Positions 17,633 to 28,492 of a stretch of 64,000 nt of DNA are shown piece by piece. The stretch's first letter is position 1; every line of letters starts with the position of its first letter. The notes under the pieces were generated by a model that searched no databases, was not told the origin of the DNA, and saw only the letters and a program-made list of their open reading frames with translations. The position numbers and the translations under genes are program-made. The DNA comes from Candidatus Daviesbacteria bacterium (lineage in GTDB: Bacteria; Patescibacteriota; Microgenomatia; Daviesbacterales; UBA10151): positions 142,563 to 206,562 of the forward strand of contig JACPKP010000004.1 in the NCBI GenBank assembly GCA_016186955.1. The letters run 5' to 3'.

Positions 17633-18211
17633 ATGTTTCAGGAGTTAAAAATAGAAGGCTCTAATATTGCTGTTATCAAGAAAGTTCAATATATTCTTCA
17701 TACACCTGATGGCGTTTCAAAATATTGGCAAAGTGAAAAATACCAACCACATTATATAGAGAACGGAAAGCATTTAACCTTCGAGGAGGAAGAATTAAGA
17801 GATCAACAAATTGCTGATTTAGAAAAAACCGCCAAGATGAATGCTATTGGGATTAGAGGAATTTATCGTGTACAAGGAGATGTAATAGTTGCAAACCAGC
17901 CTGTAGCAGTTTCAAGCGCACCATTCTTAGAATCACAACCTATATATTTTGGAGATCGGGCTGAAATTTATACTTTTAACGGAAGAAGTTGGTCAAATGA
18001 TTTAGACGTTTGGAGTATGGTTGAAGCATGCATGGGTCTAAGTCAGGGTAGTTGGGTTAGAGAATCCCATTGTCGTACAGTTTTAGTCCATAATAATGGG
18101 GTATTAGCTCTAAATTCAGAAGACTATATCTGGTCACAAGGAGAACTTACCCAGGTATCAAATTTAGGAGCTTTACTAACCTCAATTATAATCAACCAAG
18201 TAAGAATTTAA
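17633..18211 (+). CDS. Hypothetical protein
   Basis: ORF only. Confidence 0.3.
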   Translation: MFQELKIEGSNIAVIKKVQYILHTPDGVSKYWQSEKYQPHYIENGKHLTFEEEELRDQQIADLEKTAKMNAIGIRGIYRVQGDVIVANQPVAVSSAPFLESQPIYFGDRAEIYTFNGRSWSNDLDVWSMVEACMGLSQGSWVRESHCRTVLVHNNGVLALNSEDYIWSQGELTQVSNLGALLTSIIINQVRI

Positions 18212-18653
18212 ATTCTAAGAAACTTTAAATACCACTAGTATTTTATTAACACATCACTCCTAACATGCTCCAGGAAAAGATAGAAGAGGTAAAAGAAAAG
18301 CAAGCTCCCTCAGGGTAGAATAGCTGACTACTTCAAAACGGCTTGTAACTACTATGAAAATATTCATTAAATGGAATATCGGATACTGAGTATCGTGGTT
18401 GATATACCTCTTCTATAACTTTTAACGGAAGAAAGTCTATATAGGAGGATCCCATGGCGATACATTCATAGAAATGACTGTAAAGATTAATATATTCTGT
18501 GGTCATGTTTTGTAAAAGTATTTTATTTGGCTGCCCATAAACCAGTTTTCTTGCTTTAAGGTTATCCTGGTAAACCTGTTCCTTAATAATGTCAGCAGTA
18601 AAAACTTTTCCATTAACTGTTCTAAAAGTAAAAAGCTTGACATCATTTGGTTC

Positions 18654-19457
18654 CTAACGAAACCATTCCTGCATAAAACGTCCCTGGCCGTATCTCCCAA
18701 AGCAGAATTGAATATCTACTCTGGATTCGTAATGAAATTTATTCAGATTAACTTGTCTAATTTCACCGTTCGCTTGTAACCGCTTAACCACACCCGATCT
18801 TGGCCGGGTCCGTTGAACTGAAATTATCTTGATCTCACCGGGGATTAGCCGGTTAATAATGGAACAAGCATTATAACCGCTGTCCCGAAATGCACCACCA
18901 TCTGAAAAAACTCCCTGATATGGTTTTGGGTGCCAGTCTAAAACGTTCTCCCCGTAAACGATATCTATACCAACAATCTCCTCACCAGACAATAACTGTA
19001 ATAAACCATTAACTGTGGAATTAAATGCAGAATGCTCTGCCGTAAATAGAGAAACATTCATTTTCAGGGCTAAATTTGTCAGATCCCTTAACTCTTGTTC
19101 TGTCTGTGTTGGCGGTTTCTCAAGTAATACATGTTTACCGGCCCCAAGTGCTGCTTTAGCTAGCGAAAAGTGTGTCTGTGGAGGTGTAGCCAGCACTACT
19201 GCTTCGATATTTGAATCTTCCAGCAGGTCGTCAATTTTAGATAGTAACTTAATATGCCCCATTTTTTCTAAAAGAGATAACCGTTTGGGGTCTGAGTCAA
19301 CAACGGCAACAATATTAAATAAATTTGGGTGGGAAGTAATAGCAGACAGATGAGTGGGTCCAATCATACCATAGCCAACCAAGCCAATTGATATCCTTGG
19401 GGTGGCATAACTTCTTCTGGCAGAGGTTTGCTTTATTGACATATCCTGCCCCATCAT
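18654..19457 (-). CDS. Gfo/Idh/MocA-family NAD(P)-dependent oxidoreductase
   Basis: 'IGLVGYGMIGPTH...AVVLATPPQTHFSLAKAALGAGKHVLLEKP' is the Rossmann/GFO_IDH_MocA N-domain. Confidence 0.65.
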   Translation of the reverse strand: MMGQDMSIKQTSARRSYATPRISIGLVGYGMIGPTHLSAITSHPNLFNIVAVVDSDPKRLSLLEKMGHIKLLSKIDDLLEDSNIEAVVLATPPQTHFSLAKAALGAGKHVLLEKPPTQTEQELRDLTNLALKMNVSLFTAEHSAFNSTVNGLLQLLSGEEIVGIDIVYGENVLDWHPKPYQGVFSDGGAFRDSGYNACSIINRLIPGEIKIISVQRTRPRSGVVKRLQANGEIRQVNLNKFHYESRVDIQFCFGRYGQGRFMQEWFR

Positions 19458-19519
19458 CAGATGAGGATTATATAGATTACAAAGCGGAAAGTAAACTTAA
19501 CAAAAATTATTGTTGAATC

Positions 19520-20065
19520 TCAATCCCTATACTCTGCCTTGACCCTGCTTCCGTATTTTTCCAAAAGCTTGTGGATTTTGGGGCTGATTATAAAATCACA
19601 ATACGGGGCGCTTTTATTTTTATCATAATAATTTTTATGGTAATCTTCGGCTGTATAAAAATTTTTAAAGGGAATAATCTCCGTAACTATTGGGTCTTTA
19701 TAAACACCTGTGTGTGTAAATCTCTCTTTAGATTTTAGGGCTATCTCCTGCTGTTTTCGGTTGTGGTAAAAGATCACCGAACGGTATTGGGATCCAAAAT
19801 CATCTCCCTGGCGGTTTATTGTAGTAGGGTTGTGGGTATCCCAAAAAATATCCAATATCTTTTCAAAAGGGATTTTTGAAGGATCAAATTCTATTTGGAT
19901 AGCTTCAGCATGACCTGTTTCCCCCGAACAAACCTGCTCATAGGTTGGATTGGTAACTGCCCCTCCTGAATACCCAGGTGTTACAGACAAAACTCCTTTA
20001 AGCCTTTTAAAGATGGCCTCCGTACACCAAAAACACCCTCCTGCCAATGTTGCTGTCTCATTCAT
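19520..20065 (-). CDS. msrA: Peptide methionine sulfoxide reductase MsrA
   Basis: 'GGCFWCTEAIF', 'GYSGG' and 'GHAEAIQIEFDP' are present. Confidence 0.85.
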   Translation of the reverse strand: MNETATLAGGCFWCTEAIFKRLKGVLSVTPGYSGGAVTNPTYEQVCSGETGHAEAIQIEFDPSKIPFEKILDIFWDTHNPTTINRQGDDFGSQYRSVIFYHNRKQQEIALKSKERFTHTGVYKDPIVTEIIPFKNFYTAEDYHKNYYDKNKSAPYCDFIISPKIHKLLEKYGSRVKAEYRD

Positions 20066-21129
20066 CGGTTGTGTAAATTTGAAAAAAAGCTTTCAATCTT
20101 GGCGAATACATACCCTATGGCCAGAAATAATCCCAGGTAAAGCATAGTGGCTAAAGATGCAGGCAGATATTTGTAAAAAATATCATATCTTGAAAGTATG
20201 GGCCAATGGATAAGGTAAATAATATAAGAAAAGCTGCCAAAATAGGTAAAAAGCCGGAACTCAACATTTTTAAGCATAAAGACAAAGATGATAGAAAACA
20301 TGGTGATAAGGCTGATTGTTTGCTCGGTATTTTTATCAAGCCCCACCCCGGAGTTGATAGAAGTATAAGCTGCGGTTATCAAAAATACGGTAAGAAGAAA
20401 AAATTTTAAGTAGGTTTTTTGAGATAGTTTTGAAAGGTCCGGTGTCAGAAGCGCAAACATTAAACCAAGCGGAAAAGACAATGAATGTATTTTGTAAAGG
20501 CTCAAAACACCAGGGTTTAAAGACAGGGGTAAATTCATTACAAAATAGCTTAAGGCTAATATAACTACAGGGCAAAGATAGGGGAATTTTCTCCAAAATG
20601 TTAAGGGAAAAATTAGGTAATAGAAAAAAATTAAGGAGAAGTACCAAAGCGGGGAATTTAAACTTTGCCAGATATCGGCCTTTGGATAAAAACCCAGATA
20701 GCTTTGGATTATTTCATAAAAGGGATAAGCCCTGTTTAAAAATAGCAGATCTGCCAAAAAGAGAGAAGTCAGGACAAACCATAGAGGGATAAAAAGTCTT
20801 TTCAATCTCTTTTTATAAAATTCCAAAACGGAAGTATCTGAACGCAGGGCAGAGGAAGCCAGGCCAAATCCTGACCAAAATAGAAACAGGTTGACTCCAA
20901 CTCCGGCCAAAATAGAAAATGGATAAAGGAACCTATGATCAGCCGATAAAAAATACCCGATATGTGAAAAGATAATCGCTAAAATGGCAAAGCCTTTTAA
21001 CTCCCGGGTTAATTCTGAAGAAAAAAAGGGTATATTTTTAAGCTTTCTGGCAGTGAGTATTAAACAGACTAAAAACAATACACCAAATATTAAAGTTTGT
21101 CCGGATGGGTCGCCAACTTTAATTTGCAT
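20062..21129 (-). CDS. Acyltransferase family 3 (OatA/OafA-like) integral membrane protein
   Basis: It is multi-TM. The N-terminal 'LKGFAILAIIFSHIGYF' is the acyltransferase_3 signature. Confidence 0.6.
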   Translation of the reverse strand: MQIKVGDPSGQTLIFGVLFLVCLILTARKLKNIPFFSSELTRELKGFAILAIIFSHIGYFLSADHRFLYPFSILAGVGVNLFLFWSGFGLASSALRSDTSVLEFYKKRLKRLFIPLWFVLTSLFLADLLFLNRAYPFYEIIQSYLGFYPKADIWQSLNSPLWYFSLIFFYYLIFPLTFWRKFPYLCPVVILALSYFVMNLPLSLNPGVLSLYKIHSLSFPLGLMFALLTPDLSKLSQKTYLKFFLLTVFLITAAYTSINSGVGLDKNTEQTISLITMFSIIFVFMLKNVEFRLFTYFGSFSYIIYLIHWPILSRYDIFYKYLPASLATMLYLGLFLAIGYVFAKIESFFSNLHNR

Positions 21130-21850
21130 TTATAATTTTTCCCCAAAGCAGATACCCTTCTTTTGAAGGGTGGAATTGATCTTCCGAGTATAAATTGCTG
21201 GCTTTTTTAAATAACTCCGCTGTCTGTTTATACAGGTCAACATGCCTTATATCCTTATCTTTGACCTCCTTTTTAATAACATCATTAAACAGTTTTGTCT
21301 TGGAATCTAAAAGTGCATTATAGGGCGGCAGCAGTATGCGATCAGAACCTAGATAGGGGATATTAATTACAATTATTTTAGCACGGGTTCGGGCAGTCAA
21401 CAGGCTTATAATTTTTGAGTAATCCTTTCTAAAGCTGTCCGGTGGAACTAAATTATGTATATCATTTATTCCAATAAGTAAAGTAATAAAATCAGGCTTT
21501 TCCAAAATAGCCCGGGGAACCTGTTCATTTAAAACTTGTTTTACTCCTACACCGGATAGAGCCAGGTTTACTACCTCAACCCTAACTCCGGTTTTTACCA
21601 AATTAGTGCCTACCAAAAAAGGGAGCGAATCCTGATAATTTTGGGTTCCAGCACCAGCTGTCAAACTATCGCCCAACGCCACATATTTTATAACCTGTGT
21701 GGTTGTCGGGTCCCCCAGTATTAACATCTTTGGGTAAGCAGGTGGGAAAATTTTGTGGCTGCCAATAAAATCATAAAAATAAACGTAGGACCTGTTCAAG
21801 TATACTACGACTATCAAAACTAATGACAGAAGCAAAGTTTTTCTGCCCAC
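21119..21850 (-). CDS. SGNH/GDSL hydrolase (partner of acyltransferase-3)
   Basis: 'ALGDSLTAG' and 'DQFHPSKEGY' are present. The start overlaps the acyltransferase stop. Confidence 0.6.
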   Translation of the reverse strand: MGRKTLLLSLVLIVVVYLNRSYVYFYDFIGSHKIFPPAYPKMLILGDPTTTQVIKYVALGDSLTAGAGTQNYQDSLPFLVGTNLVKTGVRVEVVNLALSGVGVKQVLNEQVPRAILEKPDFITLLIGINDIHNLVPPDSFRKDYSKIISLLTARTRAKIIVINIPYLGSDRILLPPYNALLDSKTKLFNDVIKKEVKDKDIRHVDLYKQTAELFKKASNLYSEDQFHPSKEGYLLWGKIINAN

Positions 21851-21912
21851 AGTATTAGTATAACAGAGTTGGTTATTGATTCCTGAGGTAGACTCGGTTA
21901 ATAATTAAATTA

Positions 21913-22977
21913 ATGCCCAAAAATGCTTCTGCTTTTGCAACTTTACCGTTAATCTTTGTTGTGATAATTTTAGGTTTAATATTGGCAGGCTTCCTGCTAA
22001 TTAAAGCTGGGAGGAATGCAGACCTATCTCAAAGGGTAGGGAAACCAGTTCCCAAAAAAATAGGTGTTATCCAGCATGTAAAAACCCTTGACCCTGTTTA
22101 CCAGGGCTTTAAGGAGGGTATGTCCAAACTGGGTTATACGGAAGGGGATAATGTATTGTTTGAATATATCGATGACGGTGGAGACATTTCAAAGGTAAGG
22201 GGGATAACCAGGGATTTTATAAACAAAAAGGTGGATTTAATCCTGGTGATTACAACCCAGGCTTTGGAGCAAACATTAAAAGAGAGCACTGCATCAGGTA
22301 ATGCTGCTGTACCAATCGTTTTTACAAACGGCAGCACTGCCATCCAGCAGGGGCTTGTTAAAAGTTTTAAGTCATCCGGAAATAATTCAACCGGCATTAT
22401 ACCTGACGACACTAAAGTAAGCGCAAAGAAGCTTGATTTCCTAAAGGATATCAACCCGGGCGCAAAAAAAGTCCTGATTTTTACCTCTCCAGGCGCTGTT
22501 GCAGGAGAGATTTCCGCACAATCTGCCAGAGAGGGCGCAAAAAAATTGGGTATAACTATCGTTGAGTATAAATTTAAGAATAAACCCGGACCATTATCAA
22601 CCCAGGAGCTTAAGGATTATATCAGCACACTGAAACCAGGTGATATTGATGCTATTATGACCATGCCCGAACCGGTTGTCAATAGCGCCCCGGAAAACCT
22701 GAAGATGCTTTTAGACCTGTCAAAAAGGCTCAAAGTCCCAACATTTTTTGTCAACTTGGGCCAAGGGGGGTTAATAGGCTATAACCTGGACCTTACGGAT
22801 AGCGGAAAACAGGCGGCTGAGATGGCTGATAAGATATTGAAGGGCGCTAAACCTGCAGATATTCCGCTGGGTTATTCAAGAAAGAACTATTTAGAAGTCA
22901 ATTTAAAACTGGCAAAAGAGCTGGGTATTACTATTCCTGATTCAATAATTGCGATCGCCGACAGAAAGATTGAATAA
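21913..22977 (+). CDS. ABC-type solute-binding protein (COG2984/ABC_sub_bind-like), paralog 1
   Basis: N-terminal TM anchor. It is a paralog of 23029-24099 with a near-identical last ~100 nt. Confidence 0.5.
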   Translation: MPKNASAFATLPLIFVVIILGLILAGFLLIKAGRNADLSQRVGKPVPKKIGVIQHVKTLDPVYQGFKEGMSKLGYTEGDNVLFEYIDDGGDISKVRGITRDFINKKVDLILVITTQALEQTLKESTASGNAAVPIVFTNGSTAIQQGLVKSFKSSGNNSTGIIPDDTKVSAKKLDFLKDINPGAKKVLIFTSPGAVAGEISAQSAREGAKKLGITIVEYKFKNKPGPLSTQELKDYISTLKPGDIDAIMTMPEPVVNSAPENLKMLLDLSKRLKVPTFFVNLGQGGLIGYNLDLTDSGKQAAEMADKILKGAKPADIPLGYSRKNYLEVNLKLAKELGITIPDSIIAIADRKIE

Positions 22978-23028
22978 TCACTTGACATTACCAGGGGGTT
23001 ATTGCTACCTTAAAATGAGGGACATCTG

Positions 23029-24099
23029 ATGAAACTGCCTAAATTATCATCATTAGGATTTACTCCAACATTTTTAATTATTGGAGTAGCGGCATTGGTT
23101 GTTTTGGCAGGAAGTTTCTTTATCTATCAATCCAGCCGGAACCGACAGGTTGTTATTCCTCAAGAGATAAAACAGCCTAAAAAAATAGGGATTTTGCAGC
23201 ACATCAAAACTTTGGATAAAGTCATTGACGGCTTCAAAATAAAGATGACTGAATTGGGCTATGTTGAAGGCAAAGATATTGTTTATGACTACCAAACCAC
23301 TGGGGGAGACCCCTCAAAGGCAGCCGGAATAGCCAAAGAGTTTGTCAACAAAAAAGTAGATATGATCCTGGCGATAACCAGTCCGGCTCTTGGGCCGGCC
23401 ATAAAAGAGACAAGTGCATCTGCAAAACCAATCCCAATTGTATTTACAAATGCAATAAATCCCGTTGAAGCGAAGTTTATTAAAAGCTATAAATCCTCAG
23501 GAAATAATGCGACCGGAATTATACCTGATGCTGTGGCGTTAAGTTCAAAACAGGTTGAGTTTTTTAACAAAATCAGCCCAAAGTCTAAAAGGATAGGGAT
23601 GTTTTCATCCCATATATCACCTTATGCCAATGCCTCAATTGATGCGGTCAGAAAAAACGCCGAAAAATTCGGTATCACTGTCCTGGATTATGAATTTAAG
23701 AAATTACCGGGGCCTGCTTCACTGCAGGAGATCCAGGCTATAGCAGATAGTATCAAACCCGGGGATATTGATGCAATTATGACAGTTTCTGACCCGATTG
23801 CAACAGCCCAACCAAAAGTTTTTCCTATTTTGAACAATCTCGGAAAAAGACTAAAAATACCTACCCTTTATTTGAATACCGGCACAGAAGGATTAATCAC
23901 CTACAATGCTGACTATATCGAAACAGGTAAATCAGCCGCTGTTATGGCTGACAAGATATTCAAAGGGACTAACCCGGCAGATATACCTATTGAATATAAC
24001 AAGAGGAATTATTTAGAAGTTAACTTAAAACTGGCAAAAGAGCTGGGTATTACCATCCCTGACACAATAATTGCGATCGCCGACAGAAAGATTGAATAA
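23029..24099 (+). CDS. ABC-type solute-binding protein (COG2984-like), paralog 2
   Basis: Roughly 50% identity to paralog 1 with the same C-terminus, 'RNYLEVNLKLAKELGITIPDxIIAIADRKIE'. Confidence 0.5.
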   Translation: MKLPKLSSLGFTPTFLIIGVAALVVLAGSFFIYQSSRNRQVVIPQEIKQPKKIGILQHIKTLDKVIDGFKIKMTELGYVEGKDIVYDYQTTGGDPSKAAGIAKEFVNKKVDMILAITSPALGPAIKETSASAKPIPIVFTNAINPVEAKFIKSYKSSGNNATGIIPDAVALSSKQVEFFNKISPKSKRIGMFSSHISPYANASIDAVRKNAEKFGITVLDYEFKKLPGPASLQEIQAIADSIKPGDIDAIMTVSDPIATAQPKVFPILNNLGKRLKIPTLYLNTGTEGLITYNADYIETGKSAAVMADKIFKGTNPADIPIEYNKRNYLEVNLKLAKELGITIPDTIIAIADRKIE

Positions 24100-24158
24100 T
24101 CCGCAGATTTTAAAAAACTACTTTTTGCTAATACCCAAAGATTTAGTATGATCAATAT

Positions 24159-26387
24159 ATGAGAAGCCTTATTTTAATGCTTTTTAGGGGCAGGCTCCGT
24201 TTTAAACTGACCGCTTTGGTAGTGAGTATGGTTCTGATACCCCTTTTTACGGTAATGTCGATAACTATATATTACCTGCGTAGTTTAGAAACCAGCAACG
24301 CCTACAACATAGAAAAGAACATAGCTAAGGCTGCATCAAAAGAGATCGCCGGGTTTGTTGAGGTTCAGTTTGGAGTCCTTGAAAACTTGGCAACTATTTA
24401 TCCCGGACTGACAGAGGATAAGGAAAAGGCAGACCTACTGGAGCGTATCCTGTTTAAAAACAGTAATTTTACTGATATCAGCATTGTGGATAGTTTAGGC
24501 CGGGAAAAACAGAGGAAAAACATCTTGCAAGTTATCGGCAAAGATGATTTAACAGACAGGTCTCTGACCCCCGAGTTTAAATCTGTTCAGGATTACGGGT
24601 ATTATTTCGGGCCTTCATACCTGGTTGAAGGCCGTCCGTTTTTTTTAATCGGCAGAAGGATTTCCGGATTGGACGATTCATTCCAGGGCGCCGTATTTGC
24701 CATAGTTGACGCCAGGGCGATGCAGAGTATTATCATGCAGGTTTCATCAGTGCCGGAAGAAGGCAGGGTTTATGTTGTAGACGGGAAAGGAGTGGTAGTA
24801 GCCCACCCAGACATCTCCCAAGTCTTAGACCAAAGGGATTTTTCCCAGACCCCTTCAGTAAAATTTCTGGTCCTCAAAGACACTAAAATTGATCCAACGC
24901 AGATTTATACCAATGAACTGAAAAAGGACGTTTTAGGGGCAGGCGATGAAATCATCCTATCCTTGGGAGATAAGTTTGATAAAAAACTGGATACTTCGTG
25001 GATTGTCATTGCTGAGGAACCAGCATCCCTTGCCTTGGCTTTTGTATTCAGTATAACCGAGTTTACGGTTGTCACTTTATTTTTGATATTTTTAATATCA
25101 ATCGTAGTAACGCTTATATTTACCCACAGGATTGTCAAACCGATAGAGCAGCTTCACGAGGCCTCAAAGGAATTTGGATTGGGGTATCTTGACTACAGAT
25201 TAAATATACATACCAATGATGAGATAGAGGATCTGGCCGGCGGATTTAATTCAATGGCGGAGAGTTTAAAAACTTCTATAAATACCCTCCGGCAAGACCG
25301 GGAGCTGATAGCTGCAGAGAGGAATAAATTGGCAATTACACTCTCAGGAATCAAAGATGGAGTTATTGCCCTTGATACAGATAGAAACATCATGACTTTC
25401 AATAAGGCTTCTGAGGAGTTGACAGGATACAACTTTAGCGAAGTCCAAAGTAAGAGAATAGGCGAGGTTTTAAAGCTCTATGACCTAAATGGTGAGATAC
25501 ATGAATTGGCATATTGTCCGGTGACAACTGAAGGTTTTGAGGGAATAACATATAACAGTCAGGATATAAAAATTGTGGGAAAGAACAATAAAACGGCTGT
25601 TGTCAGTTTAATCTCAGGACAGATCAAGGAAGGGGCAAGCGTAAATTTAGGCTGTATTATCACACTCCATGATGTCACAAAAGAAAGAGAGCTTGAGAAA
25701 ATGAAGCTGGATTTTGTTTCCATGGCTGCACATGAACTTAGAACTCCGCTTACATCGATCAGGAATTATCTATGGGCTATAATGCACAAGTACAAACATA
25801 TCTTCGAAGGCGAGGCGTTAACTTATATAAACCGTATTGATATATCCACCCAACAGCTTTACTCATTGGTTGAAAACCTGCTTAATGTCTCAGGTATTGA
25901 AAGGGGGGCAATTGCGGTAAATTTAGAGTCTGTGGACTGGCCAGGTTATGTAAAAAAAATCGTTGAAGAAATGTCTGCTGCCGCAAGGGAAAAACAGATC
26001 TCATTGACTTATATCGAACCGCTTACCAAACTTCCTTCTGTAAAGGCGGACCGGCTGAGAATACGTGAAGTTGTTGCAAACCTTTTATCTAATGCAATAA
26101 ATTTTACAGAAATGGGAGGCAAGATCAATGTGTGGCTTGAGCAAAAAGAGGAGGAGGTGGTTACTCATATACTGGATACCGGAAAAGGCATACCGCAAGA
26201 GGATATACCAAACCTGTTTACCAAATTTTTCCGGATTACAGGCAGGCTTCAGATGGGAAGCAAGGGCACGGGCTTAGGGCTGTACATCTCAAAGTCAATT
26301 GTGCAGCTGCATGGAGGGAAGATCTGGGTTGATTCAACTGTAGGCAAGGGTTCTGTTTTTAGCTTCTCTTTACCTGTCTATCAATAG
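24159..26387 (+). CDS. Sensor histidine kinase (TM-extracellular-TM, HAMP, PAS, HisKA, HATPase_c)
   Basis: H-box 'MAAHELRTPLTSI'. N-box 'NLLSNAINFT'. G-boxes 'DTGKGIP' and 'GTGLGLYISK'. Confidence 0.8.
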   Translation: MRSLILMLFRGRLRFKLTALVVSMVLIPLFTVMSITIYYLRSLETSNAYNIEKNIAKAASKEIAGFVEVQFGVLENLATIYPGLTEDKEKADLLERILFKNSNFTDISIVDSLGREKQRKNILQVIGKDDLTDRSLTPEFKSVQDYGYYFGPSYLVEGRPFFLIGRRISGLDDSFQGAVFAIVDARAMQSIIMQVSSVPEEGRVYVVDGKGVVVAHPDISQVLDQRDFSQTPSVKFLVLKDTKIDPTQIYTNELKKDVLGAGDEIILSLGDKFDKKLDTSWIVIAEEPASLALAFVFSITEFTVVTLFLIFLISIVVTLIFTHRIVKPIEQLHEASKEFGLGYLDYRLNIHTNDEIEDLAGGFNSMAESLKTSINTLRQDRELIAAERNKLAITLSGIKDGVIALDTDRNIMTFNKASEELTGYNFSEVQSKRIGEVLKLYDLNGEIHELAYCPVTTEGFEGITYNSQDIKIVGKNNKTAVVSLISGQIKEGASVNLGCIITLHDVTKERELEKMKLDFVSMAAHELRTPLTSIRNYLWAIMHKYKHIFEGEALTYINRIDISTQQLYSLVENLLNVSGIERGAIAVNLESVDWPGYVKKIVEEMSAAAREKQISLTYIEPLTKLPSVKADRLRIREVVANLLSNAINFTEMGGKINVWLEQKEEEVVTHILDTGKGIPQEDIPNLFTKFFRITGRLQMGSKGTGLGLYISKSIVQLHGGKIWVDSTVGKGSVFSFSLPVYQ

Positions 26388-27025
26388 GTTTTTTTAAGCT
26401 CTTCATCAATCTTGTTTTTGAACGTATCATAGTTTGGCACACCTTCAATTTTTTGTCCGCCAATAAAAAATGTCGGGGTTGAATTTACTCCCAGTGCGCT
26501 TCCGTCATTTTGGTCTTGGTTGATTATGTCAGAGTATTTATTGGCTTTAACCTCCTGTTCAAACCGGGTAAGGTCTAAGCCAAGATCCTTTCCGTAACCC
26601 ATAAACAGATCAAAGACCTGCTTATCCTCTGACCATACGCCCTGGTTTATGTATAATTTGTTATGCATCTCCCAAAATTTACCCTGGGCCGCAGCAGCTT
26701 CTGCCGCCTCTGCTGCTGTCAGCGCATTTTGATGCTGGGGAAGGGGAAAATTCCTGAACACAAAATTTATCCTTCCAGAGTAATCTTGAAGTATTCTTTC
26801 CACCACAGGGTAGGCCAACCCGCAAGCCGGGCACTGGTAGTCGCCGAATTCAACCACAGTAATTTTGGCCGAATCAGAAGCAATCTTATGGCTGTTGCTT
26901 TTAACCAGAATATTTGTGTCAGCAGTCGGAGCCGGCGGGTTTTTGCTAAACATAAAAACAGCGCCTGCTAATATGGCTATTGTTGCTACACCTATTCCCA
27001 GCAGCACTTTCGCTTCCTGTGTCAT
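26381..27025 (-). CDS. DsbA/BdbD-like thiol:disulfide oxidoreductase
   Basis: N-terminal TM anchor. 'CPAC' in a thioredoxin fold. Confidence 0.7.
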   Translation of the reverse strand: MTQEAKVLLGIGVATIAILAGAVFMFSKNPPAPTADTNILVKSNSHKIASDSAKITVVEFGDYQCPACGLAYPVVERILQDYSGRINFVFRNFPLPQHQNALTAAEAAEAAAAQGKFWEMHNKLYINQGVWSEDKQVFDLFMGYGKDLGLDLTRFEQEVKANKYSDIINQDQNDGSALGVNSTPTFFIGGQKIEGVPNYDTFKNKIDEELKKTY

Positions 27026-27444
27026 TTGTGGCTATTATATCTTTTGTAAACTAACATGCAAACACTGATCAATGTAAAGGCTGAAAAAGAAAGAAACGGT
27101 ATGGTAACAAATCCCAACCATTCAAAAAACTTCGTGGTGCAGGAGATACCAGCAGCACAAGGGGCGGCAGATTCAGGCAACACCTGGTAGTACAAAAGGT
27201 TATGGTACAAAGCGGTCAGCATTCCGGTAATACTTAGCGGCAAGGCGTACAAATATACTTTTTTATCCTTTGTTAAAATACCTACTGCTAAAATTACCAC
27301 CAAAGGATACATAAATATCCTTTGGTACCAGCATAAGACGCAGGGCGGGAAACGGACTATCTCACTGAAAAAAAGACTGCCAAAAGTTGCGGAAAGCGCC
27401 AGCGCCCATGCAAAATATAAAGTATATTTTTTCAAAATGCCCAT
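27022..27444 (-). CDS. DsbB/BdbC-like disulfide bond formation protein
   Basis: Four TM helices. 'CVLCWYQR' is the first Cys pair and 'CAAGISC' the second periplasmic Cys pair. Confidence 0.6.
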   Translation of the reverse strand: MGILKKYTLYFAWALALSATFGSLFFSEIVRFPPCVLCWYQRIFMYPLVVILAVGILTKDKKVYLYALPLSITGMLTALYHNLLYYQVLPESAAPCAAGISCTTKFFEWLGFVTIPFLSFSAFTLISVCMLVYKRYNSHK

Positions 27445-28312
27445 AATACCGAAATTTATTATATTGCATTTGGAGCAATTTTACTATAAATTTTTATCTG
27501 TAATGCAAAAAGGAGTAACTGTTTCGGCGGTTGTACCGGCATACAATGAAGAGAAGGCGGTCGGGAAAATAGTTGACACCCTACTAGCCTGCAGCCTGAA
27601 CCAGGTTGTTTGTATCAATGACGGGTCCACAGACCAAACAGAACAAATCCTTGAAAATTTTGGGCGGCAAATTACCCTGGTAAACCATGAAAGGAACTTG
27701 GGTAAAGGTTTTGCGCTGGCTTCAGGCATAAAAGCTGCCCAAGGTCATGTTGTCATGTTTGTTGACGCAGATTTGCAAAACCTTAAAAAGAAACATATTT
27801 CCCAGCTTTTAGACACTTTTTTAACTAAAAAGTATGAGGTGGTAATTGGGGTGCGGTCTTTTGAAAAAGCAAATTATTACCTCCCCCTAAAATTAAATAT
27901 TTCCGGGGAGAGGGTATATTGGAGAGACTCCCTTTTGCCTTATCTGACCCAGATGAGAAAGATGAACTTTGGAGGGGTAGAAGTTTTCCTGAATTCTTTA
28001 TTTAAAAAAAACCAGGTCAGGAGAATTATTCTTGAAGGGTTGTACAACCCCCCAAAACACCAAAAAAGGGGATTTGAAGCAGGAATAAAGGAGTATCTGC
28101 AGGAGGGGGTTGAAATCGCCCTGGAACTTTCTAAACTTGAGCGCGCCCCTTTAGAGGATTACCTCAGGATTAAAAAAATTATGAAATTAAGGAATATTAA
28201 AGATATCAGGTCCCAGATAAACAGCATCACCAATAAATATGTCAAATCATCGCTTAAACTATACTTTAAAAAATACATGGAGGGGATACAGAAGATACTG
28301 ACTAAGATTTGA
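27437..28312 (+). CDS. GT2-family glycosyltransferase (DPM/DPG-synthase-like)
   Basis: 'VSAVVPAYNEE', 'INDGSTDQT' and 'FVDADL' (DxD) are present. The true start is probably Met at ~27503. Confidence 0.7.
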   Translation: MPIIPKFIILHLEQFYYKFLSVMQKGVTVSAVVPAYNEEKAVGKIVDTLLACSLNQVVCINDGSTDQTEQILENFGRQITLVNHERNLGKGFALASGIKAAQGHVVMFVDADLQNLKKKHISQLLDTFLTKKYEVVIGVRSFEKANYYLPLKLNISGERVYWRDSLLPYLTQMRKMNFGGVEVFLNSLFKKNQVRRIILEGLYNPPKHQKRGFEAGIKEYLQEGVEIALELSKLERAPLEDYLRIKKIMKLRNIKDIRSQINSITNKYVKSSLKLYFKKYMEGIQKILTKI

Positions 28313-28492
28313 CAGGAGACAAAATTTATGTTATTATGTGCTTCTGCCAGAACAACGGGTGCAGCTAAATTGCATTCTGTATCCGGTTTCTGGCAGAAAT
28401 ATTTTTTTGTTTTTAGCCGTCCCCCTTCGGGGGGTGAAGAAAGGAGTGCGCCTGGATCTGATGATTTAGCGCACAAATTTAATAAGCGGCGG

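Noticed and set aside
18503-18700. Possible frameshifted C-terminus of the Gfo/Idh/MocA oxidoreductase
   Set aside because: The alternative frame shows no recognisable C-domain motifs. The 267-aa ORF may be complete, so this is left unflagged.
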